The notes under the pieces: model-generated | Told to the model about the DNA's origin: nothing | Database searches by the model: none | What the model saw: only the letters and a program-made list of their open reading frames with translations | Translations under genes and position numbers: made by a program | DNA from: Verrucomicrobiota bacterium | Lineage (GTDB): Bacteria; Verrucomicrobiota; Kiritimatiellia; JAAZAB01 | Direction: 5' to 3' | Assembly (NCBI GenBank): GCA_018898455.1 | Contig: JAHIJO010000014.1 | Location: 1,560 to 65,559, forward strand | Length of the DNA: 64,000 nt | Shown: one piece after another, positions 63,925 to 64,000 of the stretch | Position numbering within the stretch: the stretch's first letter is position 1 | How the letters are laid out: the number at the start of each line of letters is the position of its first letter

Positions 63925-64000
63925 ATGCGTTATTGGAGGGCAAACTGGTTGTATGGTATCCAGTTTTTCCAGTTGTAGGGGCTGTTCGATAGAACGGCAT
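63925..64000 (+). repeat. second copy (Z, truncated by window end) of the structured repeat seen at 17094-17230
   Basis: CAGTTGTAGGGGCTGTTCGATAGAACGGCA matches the 30-nt core of the 17094-17230 repeat at 26/30 positions. The hairpin CTGTTCGATAGAACGG is conserved. Confidence 0.5.

Overview
This is a 64 kb window from a GC-rich (~58%) bacterial chromosome. No rRNA, tRNA or CRISPR array was found. The window is gene-dense and has three parts.

(1) Left flank, 1-10.6 kb: housekeeping and envelope genes. These are a MEMO1-family gene (partial), the ppx-ppk1 polyphosphate pair, rtcB, an MFS transporter fused to a HEAT-repeat domain, an SGNH hydrolase and a TRL-like lipoprotein.

(2) Central island, 10.6-46.8 kb: a ~36 kb glycan or nucleotide-sugar biosynthesis island that looks like the unusual system in this window. 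It combines both heptose activation routes: GmhA, a domain-swapped HldE-like kinase/adenylyltransferase, and an HddA-like GHMP kinase with an HddC-like nucleotidyltransferase. It also carries a 4,6-dehydratase and two DegT-class aminotransferases. A TPP-dependent E1 alpha/beta pair resembles the two-carbon-branch enzymes of branched-sugar pathways. There are three B12-binding radical SAM enzymes and one SPASM-type radical SAM enzyme whose Cys motif reads CX3CX2Y. Two methyltransferases are present, one TylF-like and one FkbM-like. The rest are several SDR epimerases/reductases, a cupin-fold sugar enzyme, GT2, GT4 and GT9-like glycosyltransferases, and a Wzx flippase. The island is peppered with small selfish or defence-like genes: three GxxExxY PD-(D/E)XK-like proteins, a GIY-YIG nuclease, a HEPN/MNT pair and a PIN fragment. 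It also holds several families of short palindromic or TIR-flanked intergenic repeats (MITE-like). One of these repeats, plus a heptanucleotide tract, sits in frame inside the HddC-like gene.

(3) Right flank, 46.8-64 kb: housekeeping genes. prfB carries the canonical programmed +1 frameshift site. It is followed by yicC, gmk, separate coaC and coaB genes with a DUF1232 gene between them, a secreted FG-GAP/beta-helix protein, DUF72, a chagasin-family inhibitor, an ABC-F ATPase, cardiolipin synthase, a DAGK-like lipid kinase and rlmM.

Phylum is not determinable with certainty. The GxxExxY, TRL and SD-poor gene starts are compatible with a PVC-group or Bacteroidota-like lineage (inference only).
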